Positions 1-8,803 of a DNA stretch of 32,000 nucleotides are shown here, one piece after another (position 1 is the first letter of the stretch; each line of letters starts with the position of its first letter). Both the position numbers and the translations under genes were made by a program. Origin of the DNA: an uncultured archaeon (GTDB lineage Archaea > Micrarchaeota > Micrarchaeia > Micrarchaeales > CABMGC01); assembly GCA_963704435.1 (NCBI GenBank), contig OY969902.1:600001-632000 (forward strand), given 5' to 3'. Under the pieces are notes generated by a model that saw nothing but the letters and a program-made list of their open reading frames with translations, did no database searches and was not told the DNA's origin.

Positions 1-2
1 TA

Positions 3-2063
3 TTCGCCATGTTCTTCTTCTACGCGGCGTACCTGCTCGCAATCCAGAACCCGAAGGAGAAGAGGTACGCAGTCCTTGCGGGAGTCGCGTTCGCGTCGAC
101 CTTCCTCGGAGCCCATTATTACACGGTGAATGCGGGAGTGTTCGCGATCTACATAGCGCTCCAGGGCCTCATCAACGTGGTGAAGAAGGAGAGCATGAGG
201 GATTTCTACAAGATGAACCTGATAGTGATCGGAGTGATCCTCCTTTTCTTCCTGGCATTCAATCCCTACAACTCGGTGCTCGCGAACGCTGTGCCAGGAG
301 TGCTAGGCGTGCCCGTGATTATCGCATTCCCTGTGCTCGCGCTGGCATTCGTGGTCATAGGGGAGCAACTGGTCAACCTCATCGCGCCCTCGCTTGAGAA
401 ACAGACATCGGTGACATACGTGCTGTGCGCACTGTCAGGCGTCGGACTGGTCGCAGTGGCCTACGCCGCAATGAGCAACAAGCTCGGCAAGCTGCGCGAA
501 GCGCTTTCGAGGTATGCCGTCCTGTCTGCGCTGGCCGTTGTGCTATTGCTGCTGATACTCCTGACCCCATTGGGCAATCCTGTAAACAGATATCTCGCCC
601 TCAGCTCCCATTACACCACACCCTCCACGCCGCTCTTCATGACTGTGCAGGAGTACGCACCCACAGGACTGAACTACGACTACGGATCCGCGGGCTTCGG
701 CATCATCGGGGCAAGCGTCCTCGGGGCCGACGTAATCGTATGGACGGTGCTGCTGCTCTTTTACGCCCTGGCGCTGTACGCCGTATTCAAGAGAAATTCG
801 AAGACGGGCCTGCTCGCGATCGCCGCGGTATTCCCGCTGCAGGTCGCCGGCATGATAGAGGTGAAGTACCTGCCCCACCTCGGGGTCGGGTACGTGATTG
901 CGATAGGGTTCATAATAGGGGAGCTCCTGCTCCTCATCAAGGATTCCAAGTCGCTTGACGCTTCAGCGAAAGGCAAGCTGTCCCGCGGCCTGTTCGCGGC
1001 GGCGATAGTCTTGGTGCTGCTAGAATCCATCTCCTTCGTCGGCCTGCTCTCCGCGGTGGGCCAGAGCTGCAGCACCATATCCGCAAACGGCAACTCCATA
1101 GGCTATTCCATCCTCTGCAATACCATCCCCAACTACTGGCTCCAGGCGACAGCGTGGATGTCTAAGAACGTCGGGCCCTTCGCCCCCAGGGTGCTCTCCT
1201 GGTGGGACTACGGCGACTGGATAAACTGGTTCGGGAACAGCAATGCTGTGCTGAGGGGCGACAATTCGGTGGCGGCGCTGGACCTCGCGACCGCCGCGAG
1301 GTACGTCCTCGGGTCCAGCGACGGCTACGGGCCCCAGAACCTGGCCAACTTCTCCAACAGCGTGCAGGCGAAGTATGTGCTGTTCGACGACCAGCTCACG
1401 CAGAAGTGGCAGGCTCTCGACTTCCTCGCGTGCGTCGACGTGAACCAGACCAGCAGGGCGTATGCGATCCAGGCTGCGAACGGCACCGGCAGCCCGTACG
1501 TGCTCGGCGAGTCGCAGTGCGAGCTGTCGCACTCACCCGCATACCTGTACGTGCCGGTTAGCACGAGCAACATCAACAACTACTGCCAGCTCAAAGACTC
1601 CAATGTGACCGCGGTCAAGACCCTTATGTCAATCGGGAACGGGCTCTCGAACCAGACCTACTGCACGCCCCTCACGAATTCCTCAGCGCCGACGGTGCTG
1701 CTGTATCCCAACGGCACCGCGACCAACATACTCCTCATCTCGCAGCAGCAGTTCTTCTTCGGCCTCTACAACATAGGCGGCCAGCAGTTCCTGGACTTCA
1801 TGGCGTTCTACCTGCCCAACGGCCCCAACGGCACCATAACCGACGCGCCCACCGAGTTCTACAACTCGAACTACTACCGCGGGTTCTATCTCGGGAAGCT
1901 GCCAGGCTTCACGATAGTCTACCCGGCGAACTTCACAGGCATAAACTACGTGAACGGGACGCACCAGGTGGTAATATACAGGGTTAATAACTACACAGGA
2001 TCCCTGCCGTACGTAACCCCCAAGCCTTCCTGGGTGAACAACAACTTCACGATGCCGGGCTGA
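3..2063 (+). CDS. aglB: Oligosaccharyltransferase AglB/STT3 family, probably 5'-partial
   Basis: The frame is open to the window edge. About 11 hydrophobic TM segments are followed by WWDYGDWINW (WWDYG catalytic motif at nt 1200-1214) and a soluble C-terminal domain. The first TMs carrying the DxD loop seem to be missing, so the gene likely starts upstream of the window. The first in-window ATG is at 9. Confidence 0.8.
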   Translation, partial: FAMFFFYAAYLLAIQNPKEKRYAVLAGVAFASTFLGAHYYTVNAGVFAIYIALQGLINVVKKESMRDFYKMNLIVIGVILLFFLAFNPYNSVLANAVPGVLGVPVIIAFPVLALAFVVIGEQLVNLIAPSLEKQTSVTYVLCALSGVGLVAVAYAAMSNKLGKLREALSRYAVLSALAVVLLLLILLTPLGNPVNRYLALSSHYTTPSTPLFMTVQEYAPTGLNYDYGSAGFGIIGASVLGADVIVWTVLLLFYALALYAVFKRNSKTGLLAIAAVFPLQVAGMIEVKYLPHLGVGYVIAIGFIIGELLLLIKDSKSLDASAKGKLSRGLFAAAIVLVLLESISFVGLLSAVGQSCSTISANGNSIGYSILCNTIPNYWLQATAWMSKNVGPFAPRVLSWWDYGDWINWFGNSNAVLRGDNSVAALDLATAARYVLGSSDGYGPQNLANFSNSVQAKYVLFDDQLTQKWQALDFLACVDVNQTSRAYAIQAANGTGSPYVLGESQCELSHSPAYLYVPVSTSNINNYCQLKDSNVTAVKTLMSIGNGLSNQTYCTPLTNSSAPTVLLYPNGTATNILLISQQQFFFGLYNIGGQQFLDFMAFYLPNGPNGTITDAPTEFYNSNYYRGFYLGKLPGFTIVYPANFTGINYVNGTHQVVIYRVNNYTGSLPYVTPKPSWVNNNFTMPG

Positions 2064-2176
2064 TGTGCGAGGGCCTTGCCCTCAGCGAATCAGAAAAGTA
2101 TAAGAATGTTGACTGAGGATAATATCCTATACCCATAAAAAGTGCAGAAGATGGGCCAATTGCTATTTAGGTGAAT

Positions 2177-3829
2177 ATGATGGCTGAGAATCAACTAGGA
2201 CAACAGTACCTCATTCTTCCGGAGGGGGCATCAAGGATGCTGGGAAGGGACGCGCAGAGGACGAACATCGCAGTGGCTTACGCCGTGGCGAGCATAATAA
2301 GGACGACGCTCGGGCCGAAGGGCATGGACAAGATGCTGGTCAGCGAGCTTGGGGACATAATGATAACCAACGACGGCGCCTCCATACTCGAGGAGATAAA
2401 CGTCGAGCACCCTGTCGCGAAGCTCATGGTAGAGATAGCGAAGACCCAGGACAAGGAGGTCGGCGACGGGACGACCACCGCGGTCATAATCGCGGGCGAG
2501 CTCCTGAAGAACGCCGGGGATCTGATAGAGAAGGGCATAAACCCGAACACAATAATAAAGGGGTACGAGATGGCGCAGTCGAAGGCGGCGGAACTGCTGC
2601 TTGATTGCGCGGAACCTGTGCACATGGAAGACAACGAGAAGCTGGAGAGGATAGCTCTCGTTTCCGTGGGCTCGAAGAACATAGGGACCGACGCCACGAA
2701 GAAGTACCTTTCGAAGCTGGTGATCCAGGCGATAAAGCAGGTGTCCGAGAAGAAGGACGGCAAAGTGGTCATCGACAAGGACTTCATAAAGCTCGAGAAG
2801 AAGGAGGGAGGCAGCATAGACGATACGCAGTACATAAACGGCGTGCTGATAGACAAGGAGGTCGCGCACCCAGGGATGCCGAAGATGATAAAGAATGCCA
2901 AGATCGCCCTGCTGGACGTGGCCCTGGAGATCGAGAAGACCGAGACCGACGCGAGGATAGAGATAACCTCCCCGGATCAGATGCAGTCGTTCCTGCAGCA
3001 GGAGGAGAAGATGCTGAAGGAGATGGTCGCGAAGATCGCGAAGAGCAACGCCAATGCTGTGTTCATACAGAAGGGCATAGACGACGTTGCGCAGCACTAC
3101 CTGGCGAAGTCGGGAATACTGGCGGTCAGGCGGGTCAAGAAGAGCGACATGGAGAAGCTGGCCAAGGCGACCGGCGCGAAAGTGGTCACGAGCCTGGACG
3201 ACCTCACCGCAAGCGACCTAGGGTTCGCCGGGGTAGTCGAGGAGAGGAAGATCTCCGGAGAGCAGATGGTCTTCGTCGAGAAGTGCAAGGACCCGAAGAG
3301 CGTCACACTATTCGTGCGCGGAGGGACCAAGCAGGTCGTGGACGAGGCCGAGAGGGCGGTCGCAGACGAGATGGGCGCGCTTACCAGCGCACTTGAGGTC
3401 GGCAAGTACGTGTACGGCGGAGGCAGCGCAGAGGAGTACTTGTCCAAGGGCCTGCGCGAATACGCCAGCAACGTAGGCGGCAGGGAGCAGCTCGCGATAC
3501 AGTCGTTCGCGGAGGCTCTAGAGGCCATACCTAAGACCCTCGCCGACAACGCCGGGATGGATGCCATAGACACGCTCGTCCAGCTGAGGAGCATGCAGAA
3601 GGGCAAGGACGGCAGGGTCTACGGCGTCGACGTCTTCAAGGGGGCCATCGGGAACATGGACAAGCTCGGCATAATAGAGCCCGTGAAGATAAAGCAGCAG
3701 GCGATAGCGTGCGCCACGGAGGCGAGCGTCCAGATACTGAGGATAGACGACATGATAAGCTCCAAGGGCAGGGGCCCTGCCCCCGGCCCTGGCGGCATGC
3801 CGGGCGGCATGCCAGGAGGCGAGGACTGA
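2177..3829 (+). CDS. ths: Thermosome subunit (group II chaperonin)
   Basis: Carries the TLGPKGMDKML, ITNDGASIL and VGDGTTT motifs of the CCT/thermosome family and a C-terminal GGMPGGMPGG tail. The track ORF starts at GTG 2171, but ATG 2177 or 2180 is more likely. Confidence 0.95.
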   Translation: MMAENQLGQQYLILPEGASRMLGRDAQRTNIAVAYAVASIIRTTLGPKGMDKMLVSELGDIMITNDGASILEEINVEHPVAKLMVEIAKTQDKEVGDGTTTAVIIAGELLKNAGDLIEKGINPNTIIKGYEMAQSKAAELLLDCAEPVHMEDNEKLERIALVSVGSKNIGTDATKKYLSKLVIQAIKQVSEKKDGKVVIDKDFIKLEKKEGGSIDDTQYINGVLIDKEVAHPGMPKMIKNAKIALLDVALEIEKTETDARIEITSPDQMQSFLQQEEKMLKEMVAKIAKSNANAVFIQKGIDDVAQHYLAKSGILAVRRVKKSDMEKLAKATGAKVVTSLDDLTASDLGFAGVVEERKISGEQMVFVEKCKDPKSVTLFVRGGTKQVVDEAERAVADEMGALTSALEVGKYVYGGGSAEEYLSKGLREYASNVGGREQLAIQSFAEALEAIPKTLADNAGMDAIDTLVQLRSMQKGKDGRVYGVDVFKGAIGNMDKLGIIEPVKIKQQAIACATEASVQILRIDDMISSKGRGPAPGPGGMPGGMPGGED

Positions 3830-3843
3830 AAGCAGGACAGTCC

Positions 3844-3851
3844 TTTTATAT
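3844..3851 (+). promoter_or_regulatory. TATA-box-like element upstream of adkA
   Basis: TTTTATAT lies about 28 nt upstream of ATG 3879, implying a very short or absent leader. Confidence 0.4.
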
Positions 3852-3878
3852 CTTTGTCGCGAATCTTCCGTGTACGGG

Positions 3879-4454
3879 ATGGCGGAGACATTTATTGTGT
3901 TCGGGACTCCCGGCGCGGGCAAGACCACCGTGCTGCGGGGCGTACGCGGAGTCGAGACAATCAGTCTCGGCACCGAGCTGCTCGGCGCCCTATCAAAAGT
4001 CTTCGGCGTGAAGGACAGGGACATGCTAAGGAAGGCGCAGCTGTCCGATTACGCAGCCACGGTCAAGGCAAGGCTTTCCGTGCTCAGGCGCATAGCCAAG
4101 ACGAAGAAGGGCACGCTGATGGTGGACACGCACGCGAGCATAAAGTCCGGCCCAAGCTTCGCGCCTGGCCTGTCCTACGACGATCTGGAAACCCTCAGGG
4201 ACAAAGTCAAAGCCATAATTTATATAGATGCGAATACAAAGGACATACTGAGAAGGAGGAATAACGACAAGACGAGAAAGCGCGACAACGACACCGAAGA
4301 GGACCTCGACCTGCACAGGAGCATGAACCTGATGTTCGCAGCGATATACTCGATGCGCCTCGAGGTGCCCATCTACATCGTGAAGAACGATGGCGGAAAT
4401 CTTCGCGAGGCGCAGTCCGCGGTCTCTGGCATAGTGGCTTCCTTCCAGCGTTGA
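3879..4454 (+). CDS. adkA: Adenylate kinase, archaeal AdkA type
   Basis: N-terminal P-loop GTPGAGKTT, about 190 aa, and immediately followed by a DUF106 gene as in many archaeal secY-adk clusters. The track start is GTG 3870. ATG 3879 is preferred because a TATA-like box lies at 3844-3851. Confidence 0.8.
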   Translation: MAETFIVFGTPGAGKTTVLRGVRGVETISLGTELLGALSKVFGVKDRDMLRKAQLSDYAATVKARLSVLRRIAKTKKGTLMVDTHASIKSGPSFAPGLSYDDLETLRDKVKAIIYIDANTKDILRRRNNDKTRKRDNDTEEDLDLHRSMNLMFAAIYSMRLEVPIYIVKNDGGNLREAQSAVSGIVASFQR

Positions 4455-4458
4455 TCGG

Positions 4459-4929
4459 ATGTTGTTTGGAATACTGGAAATAATTACGCTCGTAGCGGTA
4501 GCCTACGTGCTGGTCTCCGTCTTCCTGCAGCGCAGGCTCGTCAACATGAAACGGGTCTACGAGGTCCAGGACCTGATAAAGAAGAAGACGAATGAGTTGA
4601 CCGAGCTTGGCAAGGGCGGCGCAGACCAGGCTGCGATGGCTGCGAAGCAGAAGGAGATAACCGGCCTGCTCTCGGAGAGCATGAAGTCTCAGCTCAAGCC
4701 GATGTTCGTGGTGCTGCCGCTGTTCCTTGTGCTGTACTACCTTGTAATGCCCGTATTCTTCGCTTCCACGCTATCTGTGTCGCTGTTCTCGATTACCCTG
4801 AACTACAGGTCCTACTTCATTCTAGTGTCGTTCGTGCTGGGCTTCGCGCTCTCCACATCGCTGATGTTGCGCGATAGGATGATGGCTAAGAAGCTGGCCA
4901 AGACCATTGAGGCGGAAGCGAATGCCTGA
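4459..4929 (+). CDS. DUF106 family membrane protein (archaeal YidC/Oxa1/EMC3-like insertase candidate)
   Basis: The architecture is TM1, then a long charged coiled-coil segment (KKKTNELTELGKGGADQAAMAAKQKEITG), then two C-terminal TMs. It sits directly after adk, 4 nt downstream of the adk stop. Confidence 0.65.
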   Translation: MLFGILEIITLVAVAYVLVSVFLQRRLVNMKRVYEVQDLIKKKTNELTELGKGGADQAAMAAKQKEITGLLSESMKSQLKPMFVVLPLFLVLYYLVMPVFFASTLSVSLFSITLNYRSYFILVSFVLGFALSTSLMLRDRMMAKKLAKTIEAEANA

Positions 4930-5281
4930 TACGCGTGCCAAGGAGGCGGAGCGGAAGCTGCGCGCCATCGAAACGAAGGTGGCGAAGAGCAGAGGCGGCA
5001 AAATCAGATATAGGATTGCAATCTGGATGCACAACAACAATAAGAGGATAAACACAGGCTGGAACGTCTACCTCTCGCCGTACATATCGATGCTCTACTA
5101 CCTCTCCCTTATGGAAGTTGTCGTCGCAAAGCTGTTTCCCGACCTGTTCACGAGCGCAACGGCGCTTGCCGCAGCGTCTTACGTGGCCTTCTTGTGGCTC
5201 AGCTACCATCTGGGAAGGAGGCACGAACGGCTTGAGGCTCTGCAAAAGAGGCTGCGCAGGCAAAGAAACAGAAAGAGGTAG
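4922..5281 (+). CDS. Hypothetical small membrane protein with basic termini
   Basis: ATG 4922 overlaps the DUF106 stop codon (aATGcctga). The protein has a basic helical N-terminus, two hydrophobic segments and an Arg/Lys-rich C-terminus. The opposite-strand ORF looks non-coding. I recognise no family. Confidence 0.4.
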   Translation: MPDTRAKEAERKLRAIETKVAKSRGGKIRYRIAIWMHNNNKRINTGWNVYLSPYISMLYYLSLMEVVVAKLFPDLFTSATALAAASYVAFLWLSYHLGRRHERLEALQKRLRRQRNRKR

Positions 5282-5299
5282 CGGCCATCCTCTTTAACT

Positions 5300-6328
5300 T
5301 CATTTCTGGAATTTAAGGATTCTGCCCTTTTCCGAGCTCTCATCCCTGCACAGCAGCGCCACGTTGCTGCTCTTGTGGTAATCCGAAAGCGCGTATCCTG
5401 ACTCATTTGCAATCTCCCTGGCAAAATTCAGTATGTCGTCTTTCCTGGGCATCTGGTCGAACTCAAGGCCTCTCTTCGGATTCCTGGATCCTCCTACGAA
5501 TACGAAGCCCTTTACCTCCACATAATGTGGGTTCCCGATCTCAATGAGCTTTGCGTAGCCCTTCGCATCCGCCATGTTCAATCCCTTGACTAGCGTGAGC
5601 CTGAATGTCCTTCTCGTGTGGAGTGTGGAGAAGGTCTCCAAAAACTCCATGGAATTGTTCCACGTGGCGCCGGCGTTCTTCGGCCTCACAGTCTTGGCGT
5701 AGGTGCCCTCATTCGGGGCCTGGACTGAGACGTAGAGCTGGGTTGGAAGAGAGGCGATGCGTTCCAGCGCGGCCGCCATCGTCCCGTTAGTGACGAGGAA
5801 CGTGCTCATGCGCCTCCTGTGGAACTCGTCAAGGAGGCCTCCGATCTCAGGGTAGAAGAGAGGCTCGCCAGTCAGGCTGAGCGCGACGTGCGCGGGATCC
5901 TTGGACTCAGCCAACCTCTGCAGGTCCGTCTTTGCGTTTCCCTTGTATCCGCTGAGAATCTTCTGGTGCTCAGCGATCAAGCCGTCGGCTATCTTCTTCG
6001 GTGGGTCCCATCCTCCCTTCGGATTCAGCTCATTGCGCCCGTAGCCCTCCTCCTCAGGTATCGTGCGCCAGCAGAAGGCGCAGGCGAGGTTGCAGTTCAG
6101 CGCGGGAGTGGACTGCACGCATCTCCAGCTCCTCAGCCCGTAGAACTGGTGCTTGTAGCATGTCGTTCCCCCTTTTATGCTGCTCGCCGCATAGGCGCAG
6201 ATCTTCGTAGCGGAGTGGCCGCCGACGAAGTGGTAGCCCTGGGCCTTCATCTTGGCGGCAAGCCCTCTGGGAGCGTCAGGATTGGCGGTTTCCCTGCCTC
6301 TGCCCCGTCTCGATCCTCTTGCGTTCAT
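5300..6328 (-). CDS. taw1: tRNA 4-demethylwyosine synthase Taw1/TYW1 (radical SAM)
   Basis: Radical-SAM CxxxCxxC motif (CNLACAFCWR) preceded by additional conserved Cys residues (KICAYA, TCYKHQFYG, WRCVQ), typical of a TYW1 second cluster. Length is 342 aa. Confidence 0.8.
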   Translation of the reverse strand: MNARGSRRGRGRETANPDAPRGLAAKMKAQGYHFVGGHSATKICAYAASSIKGGTTCYKHQFYGLRSWRCVQSTPALNCNLACAFCWRTIPEEEGYGRNELNPKGGWDPPKKIADGLIAEHQKILSGYKGNAKTDLQRLAESKDPAHVALSLTGEPLFYPEIGGLLDEFHRRRMSTFLVTNGTMAAALERIASLPTQLYVSVQAPNEGTYAKTVRPKNAGATWNNSMEFLETFSTLHTRRTFRLTLVKGLNMADAKGYAKLIEIGNPHYVEVKGFVFVGGSRNPKRGLEFDQMPRKDDILNFAREIANESGYALSDYHKSSNVALLCRDESSEKGRILKFQK

Positions 6329-6497
6329 GAATAAAATCCCTGCCAGCGCGCACGCAGCTTACAAGACGCTATCTCGCGGGCGCCCTTATATATGTTGACG
6401 TATCGGACGCGCAAGGCGCCAAAGCACAAATTATATATACTTCAGAAGACAAGTAATTCTAATCTTATATGCGATTTAGAGACAGCAAGGTGCTTTT

Positions 6498-6824
6498 TTG
6501 CCAAAACCGATGCACAGATCTAGGAGTTTCAGGAGGCTGGACAGGGTGACGCCGAAGGGCAGGCATGTCATCCATTACGAAAGGAGGAAGCCGGGGATGC
6601 CGCACTGCGCAATCTGCGGCGCCGAGCTGCAGGGAATCAGCAGGGCGAGGAACCCGAAGGGCAAGTCGAGAAGGACCACCGCGAGGATATTCGGAGGCGT
6701 CCTGTGCTCCGGATGCACCGGCGAGGTAATAAAGCTGGCGAGCAGGATAGAGAACGGGGAGATGAAGCTGAACGACATAAGCATGAAGCAGAAGAACTAC
6801 GTCCTGCAGATGATAGCGCACTAG
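6498..6824 (+). CDS. rpl34e: 50S ribosomal protein L34e
   Basis: MPKPMHRSRSFRRL..TPKG...CAICGAELQGI matches the L34e N-terminus and zinc-ribbon remnant. The start is TTG 6498, with ATG 6510 as an alternative. Confidence 0.9.
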   Translation: MPKPMHRSRSFRRLDRVTPKGRHVIHYERRKPGMPHCAICGAELQGISRARNPKGKSRRTTARIFGGVLCSGCTGEVIKLASRIENGEMKLNDISMKQKNYVLQMIAH

Positions 6825-6834
6825 CGTGTTTCGG

Positions 6835-7356
6835 ATGATAATCTGCATATCCGGCCTCACAGGATCTGGGAAGTCGACGGTGGGAAAGCTGCTGGCAAAG
6901 GACCTTAGGATAAGGCACATCGACAAGTCCTTCAAAGAGTTCGCTACAGGCAGCGCGCTCGTCGCGCTCGACAGGCAGGCCAAGCCATCGTTCGACAGGG
7001 CATTCGACAAGGAGGTAGTAAAAGAGGCAAAGGCAGGCGACAGCGTCGTCACCACCTGGCTGGGGCCATGGATGATTAAGGGCTCGACGCTCAACGTGTG
7101 GCTCAGCGCAGGCTTCGATACGAGAGTAAGGCGAATCGCGAATGTCAACCGCATGACGCTCAAGGATGCCAAAATTTATACAAAAGGCAAGGATAGCGCA
7201 GTGGTCGCGCGCATAAAGAAGGCATACGGCATAGATATCCTCAAGGACCACAATATGTTCGATCTTGAGATAAACGCAGAACGGATAAGACCAAAGGAAT
7301 CGGCTTCGCTGATTGCGATGCTCTCAATGGAGAAGGAAGGTAAACGCTTCAGGTGA
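6835..7356 (+). CDS. cmk: Cytidylate kinase, archaeal type
   Basis: MIICISGLTGSGKST P-loop at the N-terminus and about 175 aa, in the conserved L34e-cmk-L14e order. The track start is GTG 6826. Confidence 0.85.
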   Translation: MIICISGLTGSGKSTVGKLLAKDLRIRHIDKSFKEFATGSALVALDRQAKPSFDRAFDKEVVKEAKAGDSVVTTWLGPWMIKGSTLNVWLSAGFDTRVRRIANVNRMTLKDAKIYTKGKDSAVVARIKKAYGIDILKDHNMFDLEINAERIRPKESASLIAMLSMEKEGKRFR

Positions 7357-7361
7357 ATTAA

Positions 7362-7610
7362 ATGGCATTGATAGAACAAGGAAGGATCTGCATAAAGAAG
7401 TTCGGAAGGGATGCGGGAAAGAGGGCAGTGATAACCGCCGTAGTCGACGACAATTTCGTGAAGATAATATCGGCGAGCCGGCTCAAGTCGCGAAGGTGCA
7501 ACATCAAGCACCTGGAGATGCTCTCCGAGCGAATAGACGTCAAGGACAAGGAGCAGCTCGCGAAGGCGCTGGAGGTCGAGCACTCTAAGCTTTCTTCGAT
7601 AAAGCTCTGA
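7362..7610 (+). CDS. rpl14e: 50S ribosomal protein L14e (KOW domain)
   Basis: GRICIKKFGRDAGKRAVITAVVDDNFVKI is KOW-like and the protein is 82 aa. It follows cmk by 5 nt. Confidence 0.85.
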   Translation: MALIEQGRICIKKFGRDAGKRAVITAVVDDNFVKIISASRLKSRRCNIKHLEMLSERIDVKDKEQLAKALEVEHSKLSSIKL

Positions 7611-7620
7611 CCTGCAGATC

Positions 7621-7890
7621 CTAATCGGTCACGGATTCAAGTAGGCTAAGTATGTTCCAGATGACGGTGCGGGCATACGGAGGCAGGTTGATGTCATTGC
7701 TGACCTCGTCTATCTTGTAGGTGGCCGACGATGACTTGACGGCATAGCTGCCCTCGCTCTGCGCGAGCGCCTTTTTCGCCTCCTCAAGTGCCGCCTTCAC
7801 ATTCCTCGGCACACTGTTGTCGTTCAGCAGCAGGTCAATCTGCTGCTTTATCTGCGCAACCGTTTCCTCGTTTTTCTTGTCATCCTTCAT
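7621..7890 (-). CDS. UPF0147 family protein
   Basis: An 89-aa helical protein with the DNSVPRNVKAALEEAKKAL signature, which I associate with the archaeal UPF0147 family. Confidence 0.6.
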   Translation of the reverse strand: MKDDKKNEETVAQIKQQIDLLLNDNSVPRNVKAALEEAKKALAQSEGSYAVKSSSATYKIDEVSNDINLPPYARTVIWNILSLLESVTD

Positions 7891-7904
7891 TGAACCACCG
7901 CTGA

Positions 7905-8029
7905 CGGGTCCGGCGGGATTTCCACTGGCGAAACCCTGCGGCTTCGCGAATTTTGAACCCGCGACCTACAGCTTTCCTCTTCATAAGTATTAGAAGGCTG
8001 CCGCTCTATCCAAGCTGAGCTACGGACCC
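7905..8029 (-). tRNA. tRNA-Arg (anticodon TCT) with two introns (17 nt at 37/38 = 7974-7990; 33 nt at 59/60 = 7919-7951)
   Basis: After removing both introns, the reverse complement folds into a 75-nt cloverleaf. Acceptor stem is GGGTCCG/CGGACCC and the D arm is GCTC-AGCTTGGATA-GAGC. The anticodon stem is GCAGC/GCTGT with loop CTTCTAA, and the variable region is AGGTC. The T arm is GCGGG-TTCAAAT-CCCGC with discriminator G. No CCA is encoded. Both introns have BHB-like geometry. Confidence 0.85.
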
Positions 8030-8035
8030 TGCTCT

Positions 8036-8803
8036 CTATATGTAAAAAAGCCTTCTTATGTTTTCTGTTGTTGCGTATGCGACGTCCTCAACGGACATCC
8101 TCTTCAGCGACGCGATCGTCCCGCAGACCTTCACAACATCCGTAGGGTCCTTTCCGACGACCGGAGAGTCGGTTTCAGCAACAATATTATTTATGCTTGT
8201 GCTCTTTATAACCCTTTTCCTCCTGCTTGTCTCGACGGGCGGTATCGATATCAGGTGGCCGCGCTCCGCCAGCGCCTTCGCCTGATTTTCATCCCCCTCA
8301 AAGAAGTGGAAGAGCGCCTTCCGTATTCCCTTCTCGGCAAGCATGCCTGAAATCTCGTCCAGGAATCCTCGCGAGTGTATGACTACGGGCACATCCAGAT
8401 CCTTGGCCAGGTCGAGCTGGGCATCAAACATCTTCCTTTGTACTCCGATGTCTGCATGCGACTTGGCATCAAGGCCTATCTCTCCGATGCCTACGACCTT
8501 CTCGTTATTCTTGACAAAGTCCGCTAGCTCTTCCAATTGGTTCTGCTCAGATTCCGAAAAGTCAGGGCTTATTCCAACGACCGCGAAAACGCCTTGCGCA
8601 ACGCCCGCCAGGTCTGCGTTTTCAGAATTGTCCTTTGCGCTGCCCCCGGCAGTCACAATCACTCCGATGCCGACATTTCTTGCATTTGAGATGATATCAA
8701 GCGGCCTGTGAAAAAGATTCAGGTGGCAGTGCGCATCTGAGAGCTCGGGTGAAATCCTGAGCGCTTGGATTTTCAGCGACTGCGTTTGCTGCGGCATTAT
8801 CAT
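8036..8803 (-). CDS. tatD: TatD-family metal-dependent hydrolase/DNase
   Basis: Has an N-terminal DAHCHL (HxH) motif, GEIGLD, VVIHSR, FHFF and ETDSP motifs, and is about 255 aa. The start is ATG 8803 or 8797; the track uses TTG 8806. Confidence 0.85.
   Translation of the reverse strand: MIMPQQTQSLKIQALRISPELSDAHCHLNLFHRPLDIISNARNVGIGVIVTAGGSAKDNSENADLAGVAQGVFAVVGISPDFSESEQNQLEELADFVKNNEKVVGIGEIGLDAKSHADIGVQRKMFDAQLDLAKDLDVPVVIHSRGFLDEISGMLAEKGIRKALFHFFEGDENQAKALAERGHLISIPPVETSRRKRVIKSTSINNIVAETDSPVVGKDPTDVVKVCGTIASLKRMSVEDVAYATTENIRRLFYI

Noticed and set aside
425-1561. Multiple 100-180 aa ORFs in alternative frames within aglB (for example 425-958 +, 1020-1532 -).
   Set aside because: Their translations are Arg/Gly/Pro-rich with no motifs, and they are fully nested in a gene whose own frame carries TM helices and the WWDYG motif.
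2069-2083. The hairpin GAGGGC-ctt-GCCCTC after aglB, and GCGGG-gttt-CCCGC (13560-13573) after secY, as terminators.
   Set aside because: The stems are short and no oligo-T tract follows. They are too weak to call as features, and similar hairpins arise by chance in GC-rich DNA.
3772-3826. The GPAPGPGGMPGGMPGG repeat at the thermosome C-terminus as an unusual repeat.
   Set aside because: Gly-Gly-Met-type C-terminal tails are a normal feature of chaperonins.
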